A stretch of DNA of 64,000 nt, from contig DASWWW010000005.1 in assembly GCA_036400935.1 (NCBI GenBank), forward strand, positions 21,068 to 85,067. The letters are read 5' to 3'. The position numbers and the translations under genes are program-made. Source of the stretch: Minisyncoccota bacterium. GTDB taxonomy: Bacteria > Patescibacteriota > Minisyncoccia > Phycocordibacterales > UBA6065. Each line of letters begins with the position of its first letter. Position 1 is the first letter of the stretch. Positions 63,994 to 64,000 of the stretch are shown in pieces. The notes beneath the pieces were generated by a model that saw only the letters and a program-made list of their open reading frames with translations, ran no database searches and was not told the origin of the DNA.

Positions 63994-64000
63994 GCCAAGA

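Overview
This 64 kb window appears to be bacterial chromosome. The lineage looks streamlined and Patescibacteria/CPR-like: IF-2, ribosomal protein S1 and ValRS are all compact, L33 lacks its zinc-binding cysteines, and there is a tandem family of small two-TM secreted proteins that look like T4SS pilins. Most of the window is gene-dense and visibly GC-rich, with several conspicuously AT-richer islets.

I support about 60 CDS and 11 tRNAs. The tRNAs are Trp-CCA, Tyr-GTA, Cys-GCA, Leu-TAA, Lys-CTT, Leu-TAG, Glu-TTC, Ser-CGA, Val-GAC, Phe-GAA and Arg-CCT. I also call a number of intrinsic terminators and near-consensus sigma70 promoters.

Core genes I am confident in: sensor histidine kinase, rarA, two ABC exporters, alr, rpmG, clpB, cysteine desulfurase, infB, rbfA, cmk, gyrA, rpsA, pth, lepB, a HisRS-like protein, rpsU, ybeY, ftsA, ftsZ, trxB, a MacAB-like efflux operon, cspA, an M23 peptidase, mscL, tsaD, valS, a PrsW-like protease, Hsp20 and RidA.

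Accessory or unusual content:
- a solo OLD-family ATPase-TOPRIM nuclease in an AT-rich islet beside tRNA-Glu and tRNA-Ser;
- an AT-rich islet between a tRNA-Cys/Leu/Lys cluster and tRNA-Leu(TAG), carrying a SET-domain protein, several small orphan genes and four copies of a 30-nt repeat;
- a tandem array of five paralogous small secreted two-TM proteins (pilin-like), a perfect-consensus promoter and a coiled-coil membrane protein;
- a two-domain terpenoid-cyclase-like protein that overlaps the histidine kinase;
- an apparently orphan MazF/PemK toxin behind the efflux operon;
- a roughly 1 kb non-coding stretch downstream of rpsA with promoter/terminator-delimited candidate sRNAs, one containing a ~58-nt segment that looks like 16S rRNA;
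- a MITE-like 136-bp hairpin with 21-bp perfect terminal inverted repeats;
- a duplicated ~50-nt upstream element in front of two adjacent genes;
- a low-GC HTH gene that reads into tRNA-Trp.

No CRISPR array, no rRNA operon, and no intact integrase or transposase was recognised. All coordinates and motifs come from reading the sequence and the ORF track by eye. No database search was run.
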